A DNA stretch of 46,685 nt, from contig CAYWLU010000002.1 in the NCBI GenBank assembly GCA_964459435.1, positions 1 through 46,685 of the forward strand, read 5' to 3'. Within the stretch, counting starts at the first letter, position 1. Each line of letters opens with the position of its first letter. The stretch is from an uncultured Candidatus Peribacteria bacterium (GTDB taxonomy: Bacteria > Patescibacteriota > Gracilibacteria > UBA4473). A program made the translations under genes and the position numbers. A model generated the notes under the pieces. The model ran no database searches and was not told the origin of the DNA. It worked only from the letters and a program-made list of their open reading frames with translations. Shown one piece after another: positions 1 through 7,224 of this stretch.

Positions 1-387
1 TCGTTTTGTCTTTAATAAAAGCAATTGATTCTGGATTTTATTAGCAACCAAATGTTTTGATTTTTCCAAACCATCTTTCGCTAAATATTGTTTTTCTCTT
101 AATAAAAAATTTCCCTCGGTTTCACCACCGATAACTGCATAAACAGAAAAATTTATATCCATTAGAACAATAACCACTCCGAAACTAAGAGCTTTTTTTA
201 TCAATACGCTTGTTAGAGTACAATTCCCAACAATAAAAATTGAAAATATCTTATAAAATGGAACTTGATTTACTGTTTTTCCATCTTTTTGAATAATCAA
301 ATTATCATTTTTAAATTTTATATCTTTCGTTTGATAACTTTCTATAAAAATTATTTGTTTTTCACGAAAATCGGGGAGAGTTAACAT
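1..387 (-). CDS. cas1: Type V CRISPR-associated endonuclease Cas1 (5' part; runs off window edge)
   Basis: Manual translation from ATG at 387: MLTLPDFREKQIIFI...IKFKNDNLII...EGNFLLREKQY, typical N-terminus of V-A Cas1; directly downstream of cas4. Confidence 0.9.
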   Translation of the reverse strand, partial: MLTLPDFREKQIIFIESYQTKDIKFKNDNLIIQKDGKTVNQVPFYKIFSIFIVGNCTLTSVLIKKALSFGVVIVLMDINFSVYAVIGGETEGNFLLREKQYLAKDGLEKSKHLVANKIQNQLLLLKTKR

Positions 388-389
388 GG

Positions 390-944
390 TTAAAAAGGGT
401 TAGAATCACAAAGTTCTCGATAAATACATTTTTTGCATTTTTCAGGATTCTGCACGAAACCCGATTTGGTTACATCAAAACTCTTAATTTGTTCAATAAT
501 TTCTTCAAATTCCCGAATTTCTTTCTGAGTAGGTAAATCAATTTCATATCGCTTATTGTCAGAAAGCGAATGAAAAAATAATTTTTGTACTTCGTATCCC
601 ATTTCTAAAAGACAAAAATATTGAGCATAAAGCTGATAGCGATACCCATCATAAATTTTTATAATTTTGTTCTTTCTTTCAATCAGTTCTTTTTTTTCTT
701 GATCATAAATATCAATTTTTCCACAAAGGTTATATTTCTCGCTATAGACCTCTAATGCTTGAATATATCGCTTTAAACTTGAATATTTTTTCTCATCAAT
801 ACTCTCGTGTTTGATAGTGCCAATAATTTGTGGATTCTGTTTATAAAGTCGGTTATTATATCTTCCATATAATTTATGGAAGTAAATTGATTTTGGGCAA
901 AACACAAAGTCATTAAGAGTTGTAATTGTAATATAAGATTCCAT
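390..944 (-). CDS. cas4: Type V CRISPR-associated Cas4 nuclease
   Basis: LNDFVFCPKSIY, GKIDIY, IERK, QLYAQYFCL, C-terminal CKKCIYRELC Fe-S ligands; between cas12a and cas1. Confidence 0.93.
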   Translation of the reverse strand: MESYITITTLNDFVFCPKSIYFHKLYGRYNNRLYKQNPQIIGTIKHESIDEKKYSSLKRYIQALEVYSEKYNLCGKIDIYDQEKKELIERKNKIIKIYDGYRYQLYAQYFCLLEMGYEVQKLFFHSLSDNKRYEIDLPTQKEIREFEEIIEQIKSFDVTKSGFVQNPEKCKKCIYRELCDSNPF

Positions 945-971
945 AACATTATATTATAATATAATGTTATG
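942..971. repeat. 30-bp perfect palindrome containing TTATATTATAATATAA, overlapping cas4 start
   Basis: CATAACATTATATTATAATATAATGTTATG is its own reverse complement. Confidence 0.9.
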
Positions 972-1100
972 TTTTATGCAAGTCGAAAAATCGTAAGTTT
1001 TTACATTTTACCCCTCATCATCATTCTGGCTTGTCCCGAATCCAGTCACAAAAAACAAATCAAACCGATTACAAATCCAGTTACTACAAAAGTAATAATT

Positions 1101-1420
1101 ATCAGTATGTGCAATTTTTGCACTAACTGAATGTCTATCCATTTTTGAGGAGAAAGAACAAATAAATCAAAAGAGTCCCTGCCTCTCTTTTAAAGGGGTC
1201 GAATTCGACCCCTTTCACAACTCGCTATTCCATCGTCATTGCTAGTTCGCCGTGGCGAATGTGGCAATCTGTTTTCTTAATAAACTTCTACTTACTTTTA
1301 CCGCCATTGTCCAACTACCGAGGAATCCTCGGTAACTGAATCCAATTTTAAATTTGCAATGTATTCCAAAATGGAATGCACTGATTTTTCCTTTAATTCT
1401 TCGCACTCAAAGGTATTTTT
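1101..1420. pseudogene. Concatenated fragments resembling RhuM-family and KilA-N DNA-binding protein genes, centred on palindromes
   Basis: Minus-strand KNTFECEELKEKSVHSILEYIA, LDSVTEDSSVV, DRHSVSAKIAHT; plus-strand FKGVEFDPF; each sits on an imperfect or perfect palindrome. Confidence 0.55.
1235..1270. repeat. REP-like family A half element (GTCATTGC...GGCAATCT)
   Basis: Matches one arm of the family A elements at 21630, 25728, 29257, 31941. Confidence 0.65.
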
Positions 1421-1477
1421 CGAATATTTTTTGATTATTTGATGTGTATAGATGGAAAGTTGATTTTTGGAGATTAG

Positions 1478-4400
1478 TCATGATTGTTTGTTTTGGGTGA
1501 AGTTATCCCATTCAGTGTTTCCGATAAAAAGATTTGGATATTTCTTTTCTGGTTTTTCCTCTTTTTTTAACTTTTTATTATCTTTACTCCACTCATTAAT
1601 TTTTTGAAGTGTAATTACTCCCTTTCTCGCAATATTAAATGCTCCATTGTCATCCCCATTTTTTGGAAGCTTATTACCATTATCTGCACGGCTATCAAAA
1701 AATGGTGCAACTGGAGAAAGAATAAAATCATTATCATCTCCTTTTTCATCTAGATTTGTATTTCGAATCTGACAAATCAAGTTAAATAAGAAAATAAAAT
1801 CCCTAAAAAATTTCACATTTTCTTTTTCATTCAATGCCTCTATTTGTGCCTTAATATCTTTATTCCAATCAATCCCAGCATCCTCAAATAACTGCTTAAA
1901 TTCATTCGTCAAATCTCCATAATAGTCATACCCGCCCTTATTATTATTCAATCCCCTATTCCATCGAAATCGCTCTACACACGAACACACTGTCCAAATC
2001 GTATTTTTCGGAGCATCTTTCAGTTCTTTAAATTTTCCAATATCATAAGTAAACTCAAATCGATCATTCTCAAATTCTATTTTTGAAAATTTAAAAATCT
2101 CTTGTTTTGCTTTTTCTGCACTTGAATATTTCAAATACAAATTCGGTCGCCAACCAGTAATTGGATCAATTTTTGAGGTATAACTTGCAGTCGTATAAAA
2201 AATAATTCCTGTTTGTTTTCCCATATCTTTAAAAGTTTCAAATGGAGATGCTAATTGATATGCTTTTAGTAAATGACCCGCTTGTTCAGAATTCTTTTCC
2301 CCTTTGTTTACCAAGAAATTCAATTTCTCAATCAAAGCTTTTTCAAGTTGCTGATACACACTTTTTTCAATCCCTCCTCTAATTTGCTTAAATCGCATAT
2401 TTAAATCTTCAAATACAATAATAGCATTATACTTAATCGCTAAATCCGCCAGTTTTCGGACAACTTGAGAAATATATCCTTTTTTCAAGTCTTTAATCCC
2501 TTCCACCGCCTGCCAATCTTTTCTTTCTTGTTCTCGATTTTTTGCCTTTTCTTCTAGTTTTTGATGATAATCAACTCCATTTATAATATTCAAAGTTCCC
2601 GAAACAGGATTTCCATTTTTATCATGCAATATTTCTGACTTCTGATTTATCACAGAATAATACGCTAAATGCTTCTCTCCTCGATCTACTCCAATAATAT
2701 TTATATCTGGATTATGAGCCAAAAATTCATTTATCTGTTGATTAAAAGAAAACGGTTTTCCTGTTCCTCGATTGAGTGTCAAAGAAATATGAAAGAATAC
2801 TTTATTCTTTGTATAACGCTTCTTTTCAATTATTTCTCGTGGAAATTTTCGTTTAACTTTCACTGCATCAATTGCCTTTGGACGATAGAAAACTTCTGCC
2901 TGTCCATTTAATTTAAAAATAAAATTCTTTGCAATATTTTCCTCGGAAAAAAGATTTTCAAAATACATTGTATGAAGATTCTTGCTTCCTGTTGAACCTT
3001 TATTCCAATCCTTGTTTTTAATTTGAAAAAGATATAATTCACCATTTTTATTTTTTTCTTCGAGATGTTTTTCGGAAATATTATCCCAAGAGATTTTATA
3101 CCCACCTTTTTCTACTTCTCTATAAAAGCCACTAATGTCTTCATAAGAAGATGTATCAGAGAATGTAAAATCAAAATCTTTCCATTCTTTATGTTTTTTT
3201 AGAGAATTTTTAAAGAAATCAATCAAAGCATGACAGTCATTTATGTTAAAATCTTTTTTCTCAAAACCCTTTTGCGGATCCCCACCTTTTGTATGGCTTG
3301 AATGATTTCGAATTCTTAATATCTCAGCAGAAGGATTAAAAAAATCAATATTTGATTTACTGAAAAATACCTTCGGAAGCATTTTATTCGCCCCTGGTAA
3401 AAGTTTATAAACCATTTTTTCGTACTCATTTCCTGCAAATTCATCTCTATTTTTGTCATCAAAAATATGAGTATTACCTTTCTTCATCAATGCTAAAAAA
3501 TATTCCTCATCTTTACGCAAAATAACTGAAGCATTCGCACTTTCCTTATTTTTATCCCATCCATCAGAAAGAGTTGGTAAATCAAAATTCAACTTCCACT
3601 TCTGAACTTCTTCCCATGGTTTCTTTGTTAAATAATTTCTCAAAAGATTATAGGGCTGAATAATGGTTTCAAAAGTATCATGATAATATTCATCCTTGAA
3701 TAATGAATAGAAATTACTCTCTATCTCAATTGAATCATCCCATTTCTTTTTTTTCTCAATCGCAAAATACTTAGAAAATTGATATACCGACAATAAACTA
3801 TCTGCATAATCTTTAACTATAATTTTCATTTTAGGCGTTTTCTCCAACCCTTCCTCACTCAATAAATTTTTTAATTTTTCAGAAAAAATATCATACCCTA
3901 TCGTTTTTTCACCTTTATCTGTTTGAATTATTTTCTCAAAAAGTTCAGAAAATTCTATCTCAAAAATCTGCAAAAATTGACTCCAAATATCCTCCTGTAA
4001 CTTTATATTTTCTTGATACTTCTCCTTCCAGAAATTTCCCTTCATATTCAACTTCTCCAAAGATTTTTTGAGATACTCTAATGGAATAAAATCAGGAAAA
4101 GGAATTTCCCCACCCTCATTTTTCTTTAAAGTTTTCTTTTCCTCCTCCTTAAATACTTTTGCCAACGCATCAGCCCATTCATTCGTTTTATATGTCCAAC
4201 GCCGAGAAATCGTTTCAAAACCTTTCTTTGACCAATAAATTTTAGATAACTCAAACCCCTCTGGCGAATTTATAAATTTCCTAAAAAGAGCTTTAAGAAT
4301 TTGAGTCTTTTCCACCCCTGTTTTCAATAATTCTTCCAAAACTAATTTTAATCTCGTATCATCCTCTATTTCATCAATAAACTTTTCTTTTTCACTCAAA

Positions 4401-5311
4401 ATTTGTTTATCAAGTGTTTTTAAATATTGAATTTTTTCTTTTGTATCCTGTCGGTGCTTGTTTATCTTTGATTTCACCCTCCCAATAATATCATTATAAC
4501 GATTTATCCCTTTTGTCTTTTTTTCATCTCCCTGCAAAATAAATTCAACATAATTTTCAATATGACAAATTTCTTCTCTGTCCGCTATATCAAGTTTTGA
4601 TAAAAAATTAGATGGATATTTTTCTATCGTCCATATGTTTTCTACAAATCTTCGTAAATTTTGATCAATAATTCTTGTTGCCAAAGCAGTTGAAGTTCCA
4701 TCATCTTTATAAAAATTCTTTCGAGTCTCAAAAAATTTCGTAAAATATCCCGTAAAACCTTTCCATTCATCAAAAATAGATACCGTTTCTTCTGTTATTT
4801 CTCCAGTTTTTTTGTTCACATATTCTACAGAAATAAATGTCTCTGCTTCTTTCCCATATCGAACCTTTAATAATTCAGAAAACACTGCCTCTTCATCTAA
4901 AATTTTTAAATCGTTATTCTTTAATCCTAAATATTTCTCTGACCATTTTTTTGCCTGCGCATTAAAAAAACCAACAACTTCTTTCCTCAATCTTTTTTCT
5001 TCATTTTCAAGACCCTTTTTCCATTGGTCTTTTTGTTTTTTATCTGTTTCTTTCGTGATTTTTTTCACATTCTTTAGAGCATCTGCATACTGCTGAATAT
5101 TTGAAAAAGAAACATCCTTCAATGCTTCTGCAACAAATTCTCGATGTAAACGGTCAAAATACACTTTCGTTTGCTTATATTTTTTTTGAATAATTTCATC
5201 TTTCTCGAATACATGATTATCTTCTAGCATTTGCTGAGTCTTCCCCACAGGTTTCAACTCAAACCTCAAAGTCTTACTCAACTCATACAAATTTGTGAAT
5301 TCTTTAAACAT
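1478..5311 (-). CDS. cas12a: Type V-A CRISPR effector Cas12a (Cpf1), 1277 aa
   Basis: N-terminal FTNLYELSKTLRFELKP; PI motif YKLLPGANKMLPKVFFS; RuvC-I IIGVDRGEKHL, RuvC-II IVFEDL, RuvC-III NGDDNGAFNIARKG all intact; followed by cas4-cas1. Confidence 0.97.
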   Translation of the reverse strand: MFKEFTNLYELSKTLRFELKPVGKTQQMLEDNHVFEKDEIIQKKYKQTKVYFDRLHREFVAEALKDVSFSNIQQYADALKNVKKITKETDKKQKDQWKKGLENEEKRLRKEVVGFFNAQAKKWSEKYLGLKNNDLKILDEEAVFSELLKVRYGKEAETFISVEYVNKKTGEITEETVSIFDEWKGFTGYFTKFFETRKNFYKDDGTSTALATRIIDQNLRRFVENIWTIEKYPSNFLSKLDIADREEICHIENYVEFILQGDEKKTKGINRYNDIIGRVKSKINKHRQDTKEKIQYLKTLDKQILSEKEKFIDEIEDDTRLKLVLEELLKTGVEKTQILKALFRKFINSPEGFELSKIYWSKKGFETISRRWTYKTNEWADALAKVFKEEEKKTLKKNEGGEIPFPDFIPLEYLKKSLEKLNMKGNFWKEKYQENIKLQEDIWSQFLQIFEIEFSELFEKIIQTDKGEKTIGYDIFSEKLKNLLSEEGLEKTPKMKIIVKDYADSLLSVYQFSKYFAIEKKKKWDDSIEIESNFYSLFKDEYYHDTFETIIQPYNLLRNYLTKKPWEEVQKWKLNFDLPTLSDGWDKNKESANASVILRKDEEYFLALMKKGNTHIFDDKNRDEFAGNEYEKMVYKLLPGANKMLPKVFFSKSNIDFFNPSAEILRIRNHSSHTKGGDPQKGFEKKDFNINDCHALIDFFKNSLKKHKEWKDFDFTFSDTSSYEDISGFYREVEKGGYKISWDNISEKHLEEKNKNGELYLFQIKNKDWNKGSTGSKNLHTMYFENLFSEENIAKNFIFKLNGQAEVFYRPKAIDAVKVKRKFPREIIEKKRYTKNKVFFHISLTLNRGTGKPFSFNQQINEFLAHNPDINIIGVDRGEKHLAYYSVINQKSEILHDKNGNPVSGTLNIINGVDYHQKLEEKAKNREQERKDWQAVEGIKDLKKGYISQVVRKLADLAIKYNAIIVFEDLNMRFKQIRGGIEKSVYQQLEKALIEKLNFLVNKGEKNSEQAGHLLKAYQLASPFETFKDMGKQTGIIFYTTASYTSKIDPITGWRPNLYLKYSSAEKAKQEIFKFSKIEFENDRFEFTYDIGKFKELKDAPKNTIWTVCSCVERFRWNRGLNNNKGGYDYYGDLTNEFKQLFEDAGIDWNKDIKAQIEALNEKENVKFFRDFIFLFNLICQIRNTNLDEKGDDNDFILSPVAPFFDSRADNGNKLPKNGDDNGAFNIARKGVITLQKINEWSKDNKKLKKEEKPEKKYPNLFIGNTEWDNFTQNKQS

Positions 5312-5336
5312 AAAAAATAGGATTAAAAAATATTAT

Positions 5337-5372
5337 AAAAAAAAATTATGCGTTGGTTTATTACCAAACGCA
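5337..5372 (-). terminator. Hairpin plus U-tract downstream of the solitary repeat/spacer
   Basis: Minus strand TGCGTTTGGT-AATAA-ACCAACGCA followed by TAATTTTTTTTT. Confidence 0.55.
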
Positions 5373-5401
5373 ATCTCGTATAAATGGTTATAATAATTAA
5401 A

Positions 5402-5460
5402 TAAAAAACCACACAAGATAACTAATCTACAAAAGTAGAAATTGAATAAGAACAAACATT
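5402..5460 (-). CRISPR. Solitary Cas12a-type repeat plus spacer-like segment (crRNA-like unit, not an array)
   Basis: Minus 5443-5425 = AATTTCTACTTTTGTAGAT, the canonical 19-nt Cas12a handle with UUUU loop; followed by TAGTTATCTTGTGTGGTTTTTTA; same orientation as cas12a. Confidence 0.85.
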
Positions 5461-5483
5461 CCCATTCAGCTTCCACTTTTTTA

Positions 5484-5512
5484 TTGACTTTTAAAAATAC
5501 CCATTGTATAAT
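5484..5512 (+). promoter_or_regulatory. Sigma70-type promoter, divergent from cas12a
   Basis: TTGACT-17 nt-TATAAT. Confidence 0.7.
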
Positions 5513-5518
5513 TTGAAT

Positions 5519-5629
5519 ACATTGCGGTATTGCTTTTAGGTTGTCCTCTGTTGACATAAACGCTCCTTTAAGAAAGAAACAATTCACAGGCTCTGTTTCC
5601 CACATGCTAGGGAGAGGGAGCTTTTTTTT
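5519..5629 (+). ncRNA. Putative ~110-nt small RNA
   Basis: Bounded by the promoter at 5484-5512 and a terminator hairpin 5590-5621 plus T8; no convincing ORF on this strand. Confidence 0.55.
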
Positions 5630-6008
5630 ATTTACCATAATATGTAGAAATTAAAAATAATTTTTTATCTTTTTTATACAATTCTTCTCTCAAATGAATA
5701 TGTATTTTCTTTTTATCAGCAGATATTCCTAATATTTCATACCCACTTATTTTTTTTGAAACAACAGTAGCATTTTTAACAATATCAATTCCAACCCAAA
5801 ATGCTTGCATTCTATTTTTACAATTTTTTCTTTTTATAATTGCTTCTGGCAATTTATCTAAAAAAACTTTACGATTTTTTAAACTCTTACAGCGAACAAA
5901 TGGATGATCTTTTAAATATTTTTTAAACATGCCCCTAAGAGTACTTGTTCCCTGTTTTTCTATAAACTTTTTAGATTGATATATCATCTCAAACTCTTCT
6001 TTTTTCAT
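5628..6008 (-). CDS. Small basic hypothetical protein, possibly a BECR/RelE-like nuclease fold
   Basis: 126-aa Lys-rich ORF with its own promoter; C-terminal beta-rich pattern (IHIHLRE...KLFLISTY); fold assignment is inference. Confidence 0.65.
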   Translation of the reverse strand: MKKEEFEMIYQSKKFIEKQGTSTLRGMFKKYLKDHPFVRCKSLKNRKVFLDKLPEAIIKRKNCKNRMQAFWVGIDIVKNATVVSKKISGYEILGISADKKKIHIHLREELYKKDKKLFLISTYYGK

Positions 6009-6017
6009 TATAAGAAA

Positions 6018-6046
6018 ATATTACTTTCTTAAAAGACCTATGTCAA
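6018..6046 (-). promoter_or_regulatory. Sigma70-type promoter of the 126-aa gene (near-leaderless)
   Basis: TTGACA-17 nt-TAATAT, ending 9 nt before ATG at 6008. Confidence 0.7.
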
Positions 6047-6076
6047 AACTTTTTTTCTAGTTATGGGTATATAGAA

Positions 6077-6151
6077 CTAAAAATAATTTTTATCCATCAC
6101 GACAAAACTCAACTCATACAAATTCGTGAATTCGGAAAAAGCAGAAGCCAT
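6077..6151 (-). pseudogene. Remnant 5' end of a second cas12a (MASAFSEFTNLYELS...)
   Basis: 6107-6133 matches cas12a 5276-5302 at 26/27 nt in the same frame; 24-codon mini-ORF. Confidence 0.75.
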
Positions 6152-6170
6152 GTAAATTAAATATTATTTG

Positions 6171-6219
6171 TATAATTTATAGCTATTGACGAGCAAAAAA
6201 TCAATACCTGATTTTCATA
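6171..6219 (-). repeat. 49-bp promoter-like direct repeat, copy 1
   Basis: 41/49 identical to 6891-6939; minus strand TTGATT-17-TATAAA with ATTGA..TCAAT inverted repeat. Confidence 0.75.
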
Positions 6220-6225
6220 GATCTT

Positions 6226-6867
6226 TCATACTTCATGATCTCGAAACATTGAAAGTTCCTCATTTATTGCATCCATATCTACAACTGTAGGATCAAAATC
6301 TTTCGGGTCTTCTAATTCTTCAATTTCTGGAATCATCTCACACATCCATTCCACAATAGACTCTGCCTCTTCTTCATTAATACCTTCTATTTTAATCCCC
6401 TTTAAAATGTTGAGTTTATTATACCAACCCCAAAGACTCCCTGAATCCTCACAAGGTGCATGCATAGAAGCTTTTATACATTTAGGATAATCCAAATCAT
6501 AATCATCAATAATTTTTTCAAGAATAATTCCATGATGCCAATCATCCCCAAAATCATAAGTATAAGAAATTCTATCACCTTTGTTTTTAAGATAATCGAT
6601 TATTTTTTCTGTTCTACTATCAATACTTCCAATCTCTTCGTTTTCCTCAATAGATAAATCTACAATTTGCTCATCATTCCAAAGCCGTGCTCTTCCCCCT
6701 TCTTCGAAACCATACAAATGGTACCCCTCCCAATCAAAAGATGACTGAATAGCCAAATGCAAATCATGAAAAGTACAGTTTGATGGTATGACTATTCTAC
6801 GCCATATTGGTGGTTTACTATGATTGATAATAATTTTTAATTGTAAACCAGACTTTTTTTTAGACAT
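6226..6867 (-). CDS. Plasmid pRiA4b ORF-3 family protein
   Basis: PPIWRRIVIP, LHLAIQSSFDWEGYHLYGF, YTYDFGDDWHH, PCEDSG motifs; start moved to MSKKK. Confidence 0.88.
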   Translation of the reverse strand: MSKKKSGLQLKIIINHSKPPIWRRIVIPSNCTFHDLHLAIQSSFDWEGYHLYGFEEGGRARLWNDEQIVDLSIEENEEIGSIDSRTEKIIDYLKNKGDRISYTYDFGDDWHHGIILEKIIDDYDLDYPKCIKASMHAPCEDSGSLWGWYNKLNILKGIKIEGINEEEAESIVEWMCEMIPEIEELEDPKDFDPTVVDMDAINEELSMFRDHEV

Positions 6868-6890
6868 GGCATTTTGATTAGTTAGTACTT

Positions 6891-6939
6891 TATAATTCAT
6901 AGCTATTGATCATCAAAAAATCAATGACAAATTTTCATA
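6891..6939 (-). repeat. 49-bp promoter-like direct repeat, copy 2
   Basis: 41/49 identical to 6171-6219. Confidence 0.75.
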
Positions 6940-6984
6940 AAATTTTCATTTTTAAATATTTCCTATTTGAAATTCGAAGGAAGC

Positions 6985-7022
6985 AGATTGCCACACCCGC
7001 CCAAGGCGGGGTTCGCAATGAC
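6985..7022. repeat. REP-like family A half element
   Basis: AGATTGCCAC-hairpin-TTCGCAATGAC. Confidence 0.7.
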
Positions 7023-7082
7023 GATATTTTTAGATTCTTCATACTACGCATATAAAATTTGAACGCAGGCTTTTTTTAATTT

Positions 7083-7212
7083 GTCATACCGCATTTATTG
7101 CGGTATTTAACCATAAAACAAAGCAGGTGCTTAATTAACAGCCAGATCCCGCAATAAATGCGGGATGACAGAGGGTGTAATGCGGAATGACAGAGGTTAA
7201 ATGCGGGATAAC
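7083..7212. repeat. REP/MITE-like family B element with extra partial tandem ends
   Basis: GTCATACCGCATTTATTGCGG...GATCCCGCAATAAATGCGGGATGAC; internal sequence shared with 35654-35740. Confidence 0.8.
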
Positions 7213-7224
7213 ATATTATAATAC

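Noticed and set aside
1478-5311. Cas12a2 or nuclease-dead Cas12 variant
   Set aside because: REC, PI and Nuc-region motifs of canonical Cas12a are present and all three RuvC acidic residues are intact
5333-5638. 101-aa ORF upstream of cas12a
   Set aside because: Runs through the CRISPR repeat, a promoter and two terminators; no protein-like features
5644-5652. AATTTCTAC half-repeat matches (also near 26505 and 37864)
   Set aside because: Lack the GTAGAT arm; 9-mers expected by chance in AT-rich DNA
1-7200. A conventional CRISPR array
   Set aside because: Only one intact repeat was found; an array would be expected beyond cas1/cas2, outside the window
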